In this document: positions 45,541 to 54,311 of the stretch, in pieces
Position numbering within the stretch: position 1 is the first letter of the stretch
Layout: each line of letters begins with the position of its first letter
Source of the DNA: Burkholderiales bacterium
GTDB taxonomy: Bacteria; Pseudomonadota; Gammaproteobacteria; Burkholderiales; JAEUOS01
DNA length: 64,000 bases
Assembly (NCBI GenBank): GCA_016790635.1
Contig: JAEUOR010000040.1
Coordinates: 7,464-71,463 of the forward strand
Direction of reading: 5' to 3'
Translations under genes and position numbers: made by a program
Notes under the pieces: generated by a model
Seen by the model: only the letters and a program-made list of their open reading frames with translations
Told to the model about the DNA's origin: nothing
The model's database searches: none

Positions 45541-46737
45541 CTATCGATCGAGGTTTTCGATCAACGTCGCCATGCCCATCCCTGAACCCAGGCACATGCT
45601 GATGATGGCGTAGCGCCCCTTGGTGTCGGCCAGATGGTGCATCGCGGTCATGGTCATGCGCAGCCCGGTGGCACCCGGCGGGTGCCCGATCGAGATGCCG
45701 CCGCCGTACAGGTTGGTGATCGCGCGCGGAATGCCAAGCTGCTTCTCGGCGTGCAGGTTGACGACCGCAAAGGCCTCGTTGATCTCGAAGTAGTCGATGT
45801 CGGACACCTTGAGCTTGACCCGCTCGAGAAGCTTGGCGATCGCCGGCACCGGCCCGGCCCCCATGATCTCGGGCGGCACGCCGGCAACCGCATAGTCGAT
45901 CAGGCGCGCCTCGGGGCGGATGCCGAGGCGCTCTGCCTCGCCGCGCGCCGCCACCACGAGGGCGGCCGCACCGTCGGTGACGCCGCTGGAATTGCCCGCC
46001 GTCACGCGTCCTTTGCCGTCCTTGCGGAACGCGGGCTTCAGGGTGGCGAGCTTTTCGCGGGTGATAGACGGGCGCGGAAACTCGTCGACCGCGAAAGAAC
46101 GCGCGGCCTTGCCCTCCGGCACGTCGAGCGGCGCGATCTGGCGCGCAAGAAAGCCCGACTCGATGCCGCCCCTGGCGCGCATCTGGCTCATGTAACCCCA
46201 GTCGTCCATGTCCTCGCGCGCGTAGTCGTGCAAGGCGGTCAAGTTCTCGGCGGTGTCGCCCATCAGCTCGCGCGAGAACGGGCAGCGGTAAATGTAGTCC
46301 AGTCCGTCGACCATGGTGACCGGCCCGCGCCCGGCCCCCCAGCGCATTTCGTGGACCAGATGGGGAACGCGGCTGTAGTTCTCGCCGCCGGCCGCCACCG
46401 CCACCTTGCTGTGGCCGGTGAGGATCTGCTCGGCCGCGCTGATGATCGCCTGCGAACCGGTGCCGCAGGCGCGCACGACGCCGAGCGACGCGCTCTCCAC
46501 CGGCAGGCCCGCCATGAGGGCGACCTTGCGGCTGACGAACAGACCGTCGTGATCCACCGGCGCAGTGTTGCCGAACACCAGATGATCCACGTCGCGCACG
46601 TCGAGCCCGGCGCGCGCAAGCGAAGCCCGCACGACATGCGCGCCGAGCGTCGCGAGCGGCACATCCTTGAGCGATTTGCCGAAATCGCCGAACGGCGTGC
46701 GCGCACCGGCGGCAAGAATCACGTCTCTGAATGGCAT
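45541..46737 (-). CDS. Acetyl-CoA C-acyltransferase (thiolase)
   Basis: MPFRDVILAAGARTPFG. Active-site Cys in VRACGTGSQAI. C-terminal NLYGGGISIGHPPGATG and MCLGSGMGMA. Confidence 0.9.
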   Translation of the reverse strand: MPFRDVILAAGARTPFGDFGKSLKDVPLATLGAHVVRASLARAGLDVRDVDHLVFGNTAPVDHDGLFVSRKVALMAGLPVESASLGVVRACGTGSQAIISAAEQILTGHSKVAVAAGGENYSRVPHLVHEMRWGAGRGPVTMVDGLDYIYRCPFSRELMGDTAENLTALHDYAREDMDDWGYMSQMRARGGIESGFLARQIAPLDVPEGKAARSFAVDEFPRPSITREKLATLKPAFRKDGKGRVTAGNSSGVTDGAAALVVAARGEAERLGIRPEARLIDYAVAGVPPEIMGAGPVPAIAKLLERVKLKVSDIDYFEINEAFAVVNLHAEKQLGIPRAITNLYGGGISIGHPPGATGLRMTMTAMHHLADTKGRYAIISMCLGSGMGMATLIENLDR

Positions 46738-46857
46738 GCCATGCCTCGCGGAAGGGAGTCCGGGGTCGAACGCCGGATGGATTGGCAGTATAGGGGCGCG
46801 ACGCTCGCGGCCGCGACGGCAACTTTGCAGAATGCGGCACTGCTAGACTAGGTACCC

Positions 46858-48054
46858 ATGAAGATCCTCGACGCGTTCGCCGACATCGATCGGTTCGTTG
46901 CCATCCGCCGCGACATCCACGCCCACCCCGAGTTGGGCTTTGAAGAGCACCGCACCGCCGCGCTGGTGGCGCGACTGTTGGGCGAATGGGGCATCGAGGT
47001 CCATACCGGCATCGCTTCGACCGGCGTGGTCGGGGTGCTCAAGGGGCGCCCGGGGTCGCACACCATCGGGCTGCGCGCCGACCTGGATGCGCTACCCCTG
47101 ACCGAGGCCAACCAGTTCGCGCACCGTTCCACCATCGCCGGCCGCATGCACGCCTGCGGCCACGACGGCCACACCACGATGCTCCTGGCCGCGGCCTGGC
47201 ACCTGGCGCAGACGCGCGATTTCCCCGGCACGGTCAACTTCATCTTCCAGCCCGCCGAGGAGATGGGCAAGGCGGGCGCGAAGAAGATGATCGACGAGGG
47301 CCTGTTCGAGCGCTTTCCCTGCGAGGCGGTGTTCGGGCTGCACAACTTCCCGGTCGGGCAGGTCGGCAAGTTCGCGCTCAACCGCGGCGCGCTGATGGCC
47401 TCGTCCAATACCTGGCGGGTGACGGTGCGAGGGCGCGGCACCCACGCCTCGATGCCGCACACCGGCATCGACCCGGTGGCGGCGGTGCTCGAGCTGGGCC
47501 AGCACTTGCAGGGCCTGGTGGCGCGGGTGGTCGATTCACGCGAGCGCGCGCTTTTCGCGGTGACGCAACTGACCGGTTCGGACGCGCCCAATGTGATTCC
47601 GGACCTGGCATCGGTCGGCGGCACGATACGCACCTTTTCGGTCGCCGCCACGGATGCGATCGAAGCCGCGCTGCGGCGCGCGGCCGAGGGCATCGCAGCA
47701 GCGCACGGCTGCACGGCAGAGGTTTTCTTTCGCCGTGCCTCGCCGCCCCTGACCAATCATGCGGCGGAAGCCGATTTCGCCGCCGGCGTCATGCGCGAGA
47801 TCGTCGGCGACGCCATGGTCGACGCCGATTTTCCGGCGGTCATGGGCGCCGAGGATTTCGCGCACATGCTCCTGGCCAAGCCGGGTTGCTACGCATTCCT
47901 GGGCAACGGCGACGGCGCGCATCGCGCGGCCGGGCACGGCGCCGGACCCTGCATCGTGCACAGTACCTCGTTCGACTTCAACGACGAGATCATCCCGATC
48001 GGCGCCAGCTACTTCGTGCGCCTGGCCGAGCGCTGGCTCGCCCGCCCCACCTGA
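46858..48054 (+). CDS. M20D family amidohydrolase (hippurate hydrolase / N-acyl-amino acid amidohydrolase-like)
   Basis: IHAHPELGFEEHRTAALV, ADLDALPL and MHACGHDGHTTMLL motifs. Confidence 0.9.
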   Translation: MKILDAFADIDRFVAIRRDIHAHPELGFEEHRTAALVARLLGEWGIEVHTGIASTGVVGVLKGRPGSHTIGLRADLDALPLTEANQFAHRSTIAGRMHACGHDGHTTMLLAAAWHLAQTRDFPGTVNFIFQPAEEMGKAGAKKMIDEGLFERFPCEAVFGLHNFPVGQVGKFALNRGALMASSNTWRVTVRGRGTHASMPHTGIDPVAAVLELGQHLQGLVARVVDSRERALFAVTQLTGSDAPNVIPDLASVGGTIRTFSVAATDAIEAALRRAAEGIAAAHGCTAEVFFRRASPPLTNHAAEADFAAGVMREIVGDAMVDADFPAVMGAEDFAHMLLAKPGCYAFLGNGDGAHRAAGHGAGPCIVHSTSFDFNDEIIPIGASYFVRLAERWLARPT

Positions 48055-48085
48055 CCGGCAGGACCTGAACTCCAAGGAGAACTCC

Positions 48086-49048
48086 ATGCACTCCCGCTTG
48101 CGCGCCCTGACCGGCGCTCTGCTCATCGCACTATTGTTGCCGGCCACCTCTGCCCACGCGCAACGCGTGATCCGACTGATCGTCCCGTTCGGCCCGGGAG
48201 CGGTGCAGGACGCAGTGGCACGCACCTTCAACAACGAGATGGGGCAGTTCCTGGGCGCCAGCGTGGTGATCGAGAACCGCGCGGGCGCCGGCGGCACCAT
48301 CGGCGCCCTCGCGGTGGCCAAGGCCCCGGCCGACGGCAACACCCTGATCCTGGCCGGGTCGAGCCACCACATCGGCGGCCACATGTACAAGCAGCTGGCC
48401 TACGATCCCTTGAAGGACTTTGTCGGCGTCACGTCCTTGGGCACGGCCGGCTATGTCATCACCGTCCCGCCCAATCTCGGCGTCAACACGCTGGCCGATT
48501 TCGTGCGCGAGGTGAAGTCCAAGCCGGGCAAGCTCAACTTTGCCTCGGCCGGCAACGGCAGCGCCACGCATCTCGGCATGGCCGCCTTCAACGCCCGCGC
48601 CGGCCTGGACATGCTGCACATCCCCATGAAATCCACCGGCGACGCGGTCAACGAGGTGCTGGCCGGGCGCGTGCAGGCGGTCGCAGCGGCCACCGCCGGC
48701 GTGGTCGGCTTCAAGGGCGACGTGCGCCTGCGCATGCTGGCCTTCACCGGCAAGAACCGCACCCAGTATCTGCCGGACATCCCGACCGTCGCCGAGGCCG
48801 GATATCCCGGCTTTCAGTACGAGGCCTGGGTCGGCATGCTGGCCCCGGCGGGCACGCCGCGCGCCGAGGTCGAGCGCATCAACGCCGCCGCACAAAAAGC
48901 GCTGGCCCTGCCGGCGGTGCAGGAGCGAATGAATCGGCTCGGCTCGGAGTTCGCGGTCATGACGCCGGAGCAGTTCCAGGCGGTGCTGCGCGCCGACTGG
49001 GAGAGCATGGGCAACATCGTCAAGATCTCGGGCGCCAAGATCGAGTAG
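48086..49048 (+). CDS. Bug family (TctC-like) substrate-binding protein
   Basis: ATG at 48086 preceded by AAGGAGA. MHSRLRALTGALLIALLLPATSAHAQRVIRLIVPFGPGAVQD. Confidence 0.9.
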   Translation: MHSRLRALTGALLIALLLPATSAHAQRVIRLIVPFGPGAVQDAVARTFNNEMGQFLGASVVIENRAGAGGTIGALAVAKAPADGNTLILAGSSHHIGGHMYKQLAYDPLKDFVGVTSLGTAGYVITVPPNLGVNTLADFVREVKSKPGKLNFASAGNGSATHLGMAAFNARAGLDMLHIPMKSTGDAVNEVLAGRVQAVAAATAGVVGFKGDVRLRMLAFTGKNRTQYLPDIPTVAEAGYPGFQYEAWVGMLAPAGTPRAEVERINAAAQKALALPAVQERMNRLGSEFAVMTPEQFQAVLRADWESMGNIVKISGAKIE

Positions 49049-49056
49049 GTCCTGCC

Positions 49057-50007
49057 ATGACCATCCCCTTCCAGCCCGACGGCGCAATCCCGGCCGCGAT
49101 CCTGCCCTTTCACGAGGATTATTCGATCGACGAGGCGTCCTTTCGCGCCCACCTGAACGATCTGGCCGGCACCATTGGGGTGACCGCGATCACCGTCAAC
49201 GGCCATGCTTCAGAGGTGGCATCGTGCACCTTCGACGAACAGGCGCGCGTGCTCGACATCGCCGCCGACGCCGTCGGCACGCGCCTGCCGCTGGTTTCCG
49301 GCGTCTATACCGAAAGCTCGCTCGAAGCCGCCCGCCTGGCGCGCATGGCCGAGGCGCACGGCGCCGCGGCGCTGCTGGTGTTTCCGCCCGCTCTCTTCAC
49401 CCTGGGCCAGCGCGACGAGATGGTGCTCGCGCACTTTCGTCACATCGCCGCCGCCTCGGCCCTGCCGATCGTGGTGTTCCAGTACCCGCTGGGACCGGGC
49501 CAGGGCTATCGCCTGGACCTGCTCAGCCGGCTGTGCGACGAGATCCCCTCGATCGTCGCGATCAAGGACTGGAGCGCCGACCCGCAATTGCACGAGCGCC
49601 ACATCCGGACGCTGCAGTCGCGCGCGCGGCCGGTGGCAGTGCTGTCCACGCACAGCGCATGGCTGATGGCCTCGCTGGTGCTGGGATGCAGGGGCCTGCT
49701 GTCGGGGGCCGGCAGCGTCATCGCCGGCCTGCAGGCCGAGCTTCTCGCCGCCTGCCGCGACAACGACCTCGCGCGTGCGCGCCAGGTCAACGAACGCATC
49801 CACCCGCTCACGGAGGTCTTCTACAGCCCGCCGTGGGTCGACATGCACAATCGCATGAAGGAGGCGCTGGTGATGCTGGGCAAGCTGCCGCGCAACGTCG
49901 TGCGCCCGCCGCTGATGCCGCTGCCGGCAGAGGAAAAGCAGCGACTGCGGCGCGCACTCATTGCCGCCGGCCTACTGGCCGGCAGCGCGCCGCGCCTGGC
50001 GGCCTGA
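49057..50007 (+). CDS. Dihydrodipicolinate synthase/N-acetylneuraminate lyase (DapA) family protein
   Basis: 316 aa class I aldolase pattern with the Schiff-base lysine context IVAIKDWS. Confidence 0.85.
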   Translation: MTIPFQPDGAIPAAILPFHEDYSIDEASFRAHLNDLAGTIGVTAITVNGHASEVASCTFDEQARVLDIAADAVGTRLPLVSGVYTESSLEAARLARMAEAHGAAALLVFPPALFTLGQRDEMVLAHFRHIAAASALPIVVFQYPLGPGQGYRLDLLSRLCDEIPSIVAIKDWSADPQLHERHIRTLQSRARPVAVLSTHSAWLMASLVLGCRGLLSGAGSVIAGLQAELLAACRDNDLARARQVNERIHPLTEVFYSPPWVDMHNRMKEALVMLGKLPRNVVRPPLMPLPAEEKQRLRRALIAAGLLAGSAPRLAA

Positions 50008-50040
50008 ACGGGCGCTCCGCCCGCATCCCGGCTGAACGAC

Positions 50041-50457
50041 ATGACCCTCAACGAACCGCGCATCGCCCGCCTGGCGGAGGCGAATGACCTGGACTTCGGC
50101 CCGCTCTCGACCTACCGGAGCCTGCTCGGCGGGACCGGCATGCCGGTCTTCACCGGCGTGCAGACCTGTGCGCCCGGCTATCGCACCCCGTTGCATTCCC
50201 ACCCCTACGTCGAGCTGCTGTTCATCCTCGAGGGTGAGGCGGCGGTGTACTTCGAGGGCGACACGGCGCCCGCGCACACCTTGGGCCCCGGCGACATCGT
50301 CGCCCTGCCCGCGGAATTGCCACACGCCTTCGGCACGGCAGGAACGGTGACGATGCGCCTGTTGGGCATTCACGCCAACCCGGAGCGCATCGTCGAAGTC
50401 CACGGCGACACGCCGCAGGACACGCACGGCGTCGCGCTCGCGCGCCACCCCGGTTAG
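50041..50457 (+). CDS. Cupin domain protein
   Basis: 138 aa. Cupin motifs PLHSHPYVELLFILEGEA and PAELPHAF. Confidence 0.8.
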   Translation: MTLNEPRIARLAEANDLDFGPLSTYRSLLGGTGMPVFTGVQTCAPGYRTPLHSHPYVELLFILEGEAAVYFEGDTAPAHTLGPGDIVALPAELPHAFGTAGTVTMRLLGIHANPERIVEVHGDTPQDTHGVALARHPG

Positions 50458-50527
50458 GGCCGCAAGCGGACTTGGGGCTTACGGCGCCGGCCCGCGGCGG
50501 CGCGTTCGAGCCTGCTGCGCAGCGCCC

Positions 50528-52195
50528 TCACGCGCCCCGGACCGTATCGATGATGCGCTGCGCGTCGTCGCAGCGATCGCCGCGCCACGCCACCATCATG
50601 TCGGGACGCACCAGGACAAGGGCGCGGTCCCCATACAGGCGGCGAATCTCGGCATCGTCCAGGCGAACCACCGCCAGGGGCATGCCGCGCTCGCCTGCCG
50701 CGCGGGCGAGCGCCGCTGCACAGGTCACGGTGCCGTCGAAGTCAAGCAAGGTGAACCAGGGGCCGAAGGTGTCGAGAACGGACTTGCCGGCATGTTCGCC
50801 GCGGGCGATCCAGGCGTGCGGCGCGCGATGGCCGGGTCGCGCCACCGGCGTATAGGTCTGCGGATCGTCGGGCGGCGGCGGCGACCCGTCGGGGACGCAG
50901 ATCGGCGAATCCTCGTAGCGGTAGCCAAGCAGGACGCCGGAAGACTTGAGGAGCTTCTCCTGGCGTTCGAGGTCGTCCTTGAGGGCCTGCCGCAATCGAT
51001 CGCCGGCCGGGCCCTCGGCGTCGAGTTCGTCCCCGCTTTGCATGACTGCGTAAAGTCGGTCGAAGTTGTCGGCAGCTTCGGCGGTGTTGCGCCGGCCGAC
51101 CGGGCGCCGCTCGCTGCCATAGCTCGCGAGCAACCCAGGTCCGCCCCAGCCTTGCAAGCAGGCATGGAGCTTCCACGCGAGATCGATCGCGTCGGATACG
51201 CCGGTGTTCATGCCCAACCCGCCGGTCGGCGTGAACAGGTGCGCGGCATCGCCGGCCAGGAACACGCGCCCGCCTTCGCTCCGGTAGCGATCGGCAGTCA
51301 GCGCATGCGCTGTCCAGGGCTGCACCGAGAGCACTTCGATCGGCGTCTTGCGTGCGATCAGCGCCTCGATGGCCGCGACCGGATCGATCTTGGTCCAGTC
51401 GGCGCCTTCGTCGAGGATCAGGTGGTAGGTCCAGGTCCGGCCCGTGTCCCAGTTGAGCAGGAACCCGCGGTGGCCGACGTGCAGGGGAAAGAAAATGTTG
51501 GCCGGCCCGAACGCATGGCAATCCATGAACTCTGGCGCCTTGAAGAAGATCGAGACGAACCTGGCCAGGTTGCCGCGACCCGACAGGCCGATGCCGAGCT
51601 TCTCGCGCACCAGCGAGCGCCCGCCGTCGCAGGCCACGAGCCAGTCGGCCTCGACCTGCGCGGTCCGGTCTGTCCCTTCCTCGCGCAAGGTGGCGACGAC
51701 CGTCGCGGGGTGCTCCTCGAAGTCCTCCAGGCGCCAGCCGTAGCGCGCGTCGACCGAGGGCCGCGTGGCCAGGTGCTCGCGCAGCACGCGATCGACTGCG
51801 TGCTGCCCGACGATGGTCTTGAGATACGGTGACCAATGCAGCTCGGCGCGCGGGTCGACACTGCTGCGGGCCCGCATGCGTTCGAGCTCCGCATGCCCGG
51901 GCAGCACCAGACGGTGGATCTCGCGGCCATGCAGGGTCGACACCCAGAAGTAGGCGGCCGGATAGTCGGCCGGCACCCCGGCGCCGACCAGCGCCTGATC
52001 GATGCCCCAGCGCCGGAAATACTCCATGGTCCGGTTGGCGACGGCGTTGGCGCGCGGATGCGGATTCGGTTCGGTGCGCGGCTCGACCAGCATGCAGGGC
52101 GCGCCGCGCCAGCCGAGTTCGCCGGCGAGCGTGAGCCCGACCGAGCCGCCACCGGCGATCAGGATCGGGACATGCGGCATCGACGTCGCGGCCAT
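50528..52195 (-). CDS. FAD-dependent aromatic-ring monooxygenase (PheA/TfdB-like)
   Basis: Dinucleotide motif ILIAGGGSVGLTLAGELG, a later GDAAHLFTPTGGLGMNTG motif, and a C-terminal thioredoxin-like extension. Confidence 0.85.
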   Translation of the reverse strand: MAATSMPHVPILIAGGGSVGLTLAGELGWRGAPCMLVEPRTEPNPHPRANAVANRTMEYFRRWGIDQALVGAGVPADYPAAYFWVSTLHGREIHRLVLPGHAELERMRARSSVDPRAELHWSPYLKTIVGQHAVDRVLREHLATRPSVDARYGWRLEDFEEHPATVVATLREEGTDRTAQVEADWLVACDGGRSLVREKLGIGLSGRGNLARFVSIFFKAPEFMDCHAFGPANIFFPLHVGHRGFLLNWDTGRTWTYHLILDEGADWTKIDPVAAIEALIARKTPIEVLSVQPWTAHALTADRYRSEGGRVFLAGDAAHLFTPTGGLGMNTGVSDAIDLAWKLHACLQGWGGPGLLASYGSERRPVGRRNTAEAADNFDRLYAVMQSGDELDAEGPAGDRLRQALKDDLERQEKLLKSSGVLLGYRYEDSPICVPDGSPPPPDDPQTYTPVARPGHRAPHAWIARGEHAGKSVLDTFGPWFTLLDFDGTVTCAAALARAAGERGMPLAVVRLDDAEIRRLYGDRALVLVRPDMMVAWRGDRCDDAQRIIDTVRGA

Positions 52196-52204
52196 GATGC
52201 GTTG

Positions 52205-52786
52205 CTAGCCTGCCCGACGGCCGGCGGGCCGGCGCCGCACTGAAGCTGACACACCGGCCGCGGGCAATTCCGGCCTGTCAGGGCCGGGGGCGACCGGGTC
52301 GGCCGGGATCGGACAGTTGCTGCAGACGCGGCCATCACACAGGCGACAAAGCGCGCGACGTTCCACTTCCGTCGTTTTCATCGATGACAGCATTTTGTGC
52401 AGCAGCGCGGCGAACGTCTTTTGTTCGGCGCCGGTCAAGGGGGCCAACAGCGGCGCGATGACGGCAAGGCGTTCAGCGAGGAATTCCTCGCGCATGGCCA
52501 TGCCCCGCCTGCTCAGATGAAGCGCGATCGCCCGCCTGTCGCGCGCCTCGCGGCGCTCGACCAGGCCATCGGCGACCAGGCGGTCGACCAGTCGCACCGT
52601 TCCCGGATGGGACAGGCCCAGGATGCGGCTCAAGCGGTCGATGGAGGGGCCGCTGCCATAGCCGATCACGACCAGCGCCGCGGGCGTTTCGCCGGCATGG
52701 GCCAGGATGTCGCGCGCCCGTGCGTCGACACGGTCGGCGATGGCCAAGCCGAGGACGCCGAGCAGATTGGCGGTGCGCTTGCTCAT
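52205..52786 (-). CDS. MarR family transcriptional regulator with Cys-rich C-terminal tail
   Basis: Winged-helix region IDRLSRILGLSHPGTVRLVDRLVADGLVERR. The tail contains CRLCDGRVCSNC. Its stop lies 9 nt upstream of the monooxygenase start. Confidence 0.85.
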   Translation of the reverse strand: MSKRTANLLGVLGLAIADRVDARARDILAHAGETPAALVVIGYGSGPSIDRLSRILGLSHPGTVRLVDRLVADGLVERREARDRRAIALHLSRRGMAMREEFLAERLAVIAPLLAPLTGAEQKTFAALLHKMLSSMKTTEVERRALCRLCDGRVCSNCPIPADPVAPGPDRPELPAAGVSASVRRRPAGRRAG

Positions 52787-52822
52787 GCAAGCAGTATACG
52801 TGCGCAGCGCATACTTTTGCTG

Positions 52823-52850
52823 TTGACAATATGTGCGTTACGCATATAAT
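52823..52850 (+). promoter_or_regulatory. Consensus sigma70-type promoter (TTGACA, 16-nt spacer, TATAAT) with an embedded near-palindromic operator
   Basis: TTGACA at 52823-52828 and TATAAT at 52845-52850, 70 nt upstream of ATG 52921. The 17-bp near-palindrome ATGTGCGTTACGCATAT (52831-52847, 7 of 8 pairs) fills the spacer. A related TGCGC-A-GCGCA lies at 52801-52811. Confidence 0.55.
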
Positions 52851-52920
52851 TAATTGACGCGGCCACATGCGGACGTGACCGGGCACCATGAACCGATTGT
52901 GATCGGACCAGGAAGCACAC

Positions 52921-53742
52921 ATGAGCACACAGATCGAGAAGTCCCGCGCCTTCGCCGCGCTGCACGCGCGACCGGGCGCCTTCGTCATCGCCAACGCCTG
53001 GGATGCCGGTTCGGCACGCATGCTCGCGGCCCTGGGCTTCGAGGCGCTGGCGACCTCCAGCGGTGCCGCGGCGGGCGTCCTCGGGCGCCGTGACGGACGC
53101 ATCACGCGCGCGGAAGCGCTGGCGCACTGCCAGGCGATCGTGGCAGCGGTCCCCCTACCGGTATCGGCCGACCTCGAGAAGGGCTTCGGCGACAGTCCCG
53201 ACGACGCGGCTGCGACCATCCAGGCGGCGGCGGCGATCGGGCTGGCCGGCGGTTCGATCGAGGACGCCACCGGGGACGCGGCGCAGCCGCTCTACGACAT
53301 CACGCACGCGACGCGACGCATCGAGGCGGCGGTCGCGGCCGCGCGTGCGGCGCCGGTGCCTTTTCTACTGACGGCACGTGCAGAGAACTTCCTGCGCGGC
53401 AATCCCGACCTGGACGACACGATCCGCCGCCTGCAGGCTTTCGAGGCGGCCGGCGCCGACGTGCTCATGGCGCCGGGGCTGCCCGACCTTGAGGCCGCAC
53501 GCCAGGTGTGCGCCAGCCTCAAGAAGCCGTTCAACTTCATGGCCGGCATCAAGGGCCGGTCCTTCAGCGTGGCAGAACTCGCCGCAGCGGGCGTCAAGCG
53601 CATCAGTCTTGCCACTTCGCTCTATCGCGCCGCGATGACCGGGCTCGAAACGGCTGCGCGCGAGGTGCGCGACAACGGCACGTTCAACTACCTCGACACC
53701 ACCCTCGCCACTCCCGACATCAACAAGTATTTCGGCGGGTAA
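52921..53742 (+). CDS. Isocitrate lyase/PEP mutase family protein (2-methylisocitrate lyase-like)
   Basis: FAALHARPGAFVIANAWDAGSARMLAALGFEALATSS is the family N-terminal hallmark. 273 aa. Confidence 0.85.
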   Translation: MSTQIEKSRAFAALHARPGAFVIANAWDAGSARMLAALGFEALATSSGAAAGVLGRRDGRITRAEALAHCQAIVAAVPLPVSADLEKGFGDSPDDAAATIQAAAAIGLAGGSIEDATGDAAQPLYDITHATRRIEAAVAAARAAPVPFLLTARAENFLRGNPDLDDTIRRLQAFEAAGADVLMAPGLPDLEAARQVCASLKKPFNFMAGIKGRSFSVAELAAAGVKRISLATSLYRAAMTGLETAAREVRDNGTFNYLDTTLATPDINKYFGG

Positions 53743-53763
53743 ACGCCGAAACGAAAGGCAGGC

Positions 53764-54228
53764 ATGCAAGACGGTTCCGCATCCAGCACGCTCGAGACGC
53801 TGCGCCGGCTCAACGCGCGCTTCATCCACAACTACGTCACCAACGACGTGGCCGGACACGACGCGATCCTGCACCCCGAATTCGTGTGCGTGAATTCAAA
53901 CGGCTCGCGCACCGATCGCGCGGCTTATCTCAAGCGCTGGGCGACGGGCTTCCATCCCGATGTCGTGACGTACTGGGACGTACGCGACGAGAACATCACG
54001 TTGATCGGCGACGTGGCGCTGGTGCGTTCGACCAACAAGCACACGATCCACAGGGACGGCCGCGACACGACCGGCATGACCACTTACACCGACACTTATC
54101 TGCGTGACGATGGCCGGTGGCTGTGCATCCAGGCGCAATTGACCCCGGTCGTGCCAGGCTACGAACCCGGCGATGACACTATCGTCAGCGTCTACTTGCG
54201 CGGGGTCAAGCAGGTGCGCCAGTCCTGA
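53764..54228 (+). CDS. NTF2-like (SnoaL/DUF4440) domain protein
   Basis: 154 aa with the pattern LNARFIHNYVTNDVAGHDAILHPEF...TDTYLRDDGRWLCIQAQ. Confidence 0.7.
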   Translation: MQDGSASSTLETLRRLNARFIHNYVTNDVAGHDAILHPEFVCVNSNGSRTDRAAYLKRWATGFHPDVVTYWDVRDENITLIGDVALVRSTNKHTIHRDGRDTTGMTTYTDTYLRDDGRWLCIQAQLTPVVPGYEPGDDTIVSVYLRGVKQVRQS

Positions 54229-54311
54229 GCGAACGCATCGCAGTTCGAACTCGCCTGCCAGCTTGTCGCTGAAGACCACATGCGTATGGCAATCAATGCG
54301 CGGTCGTCGCA

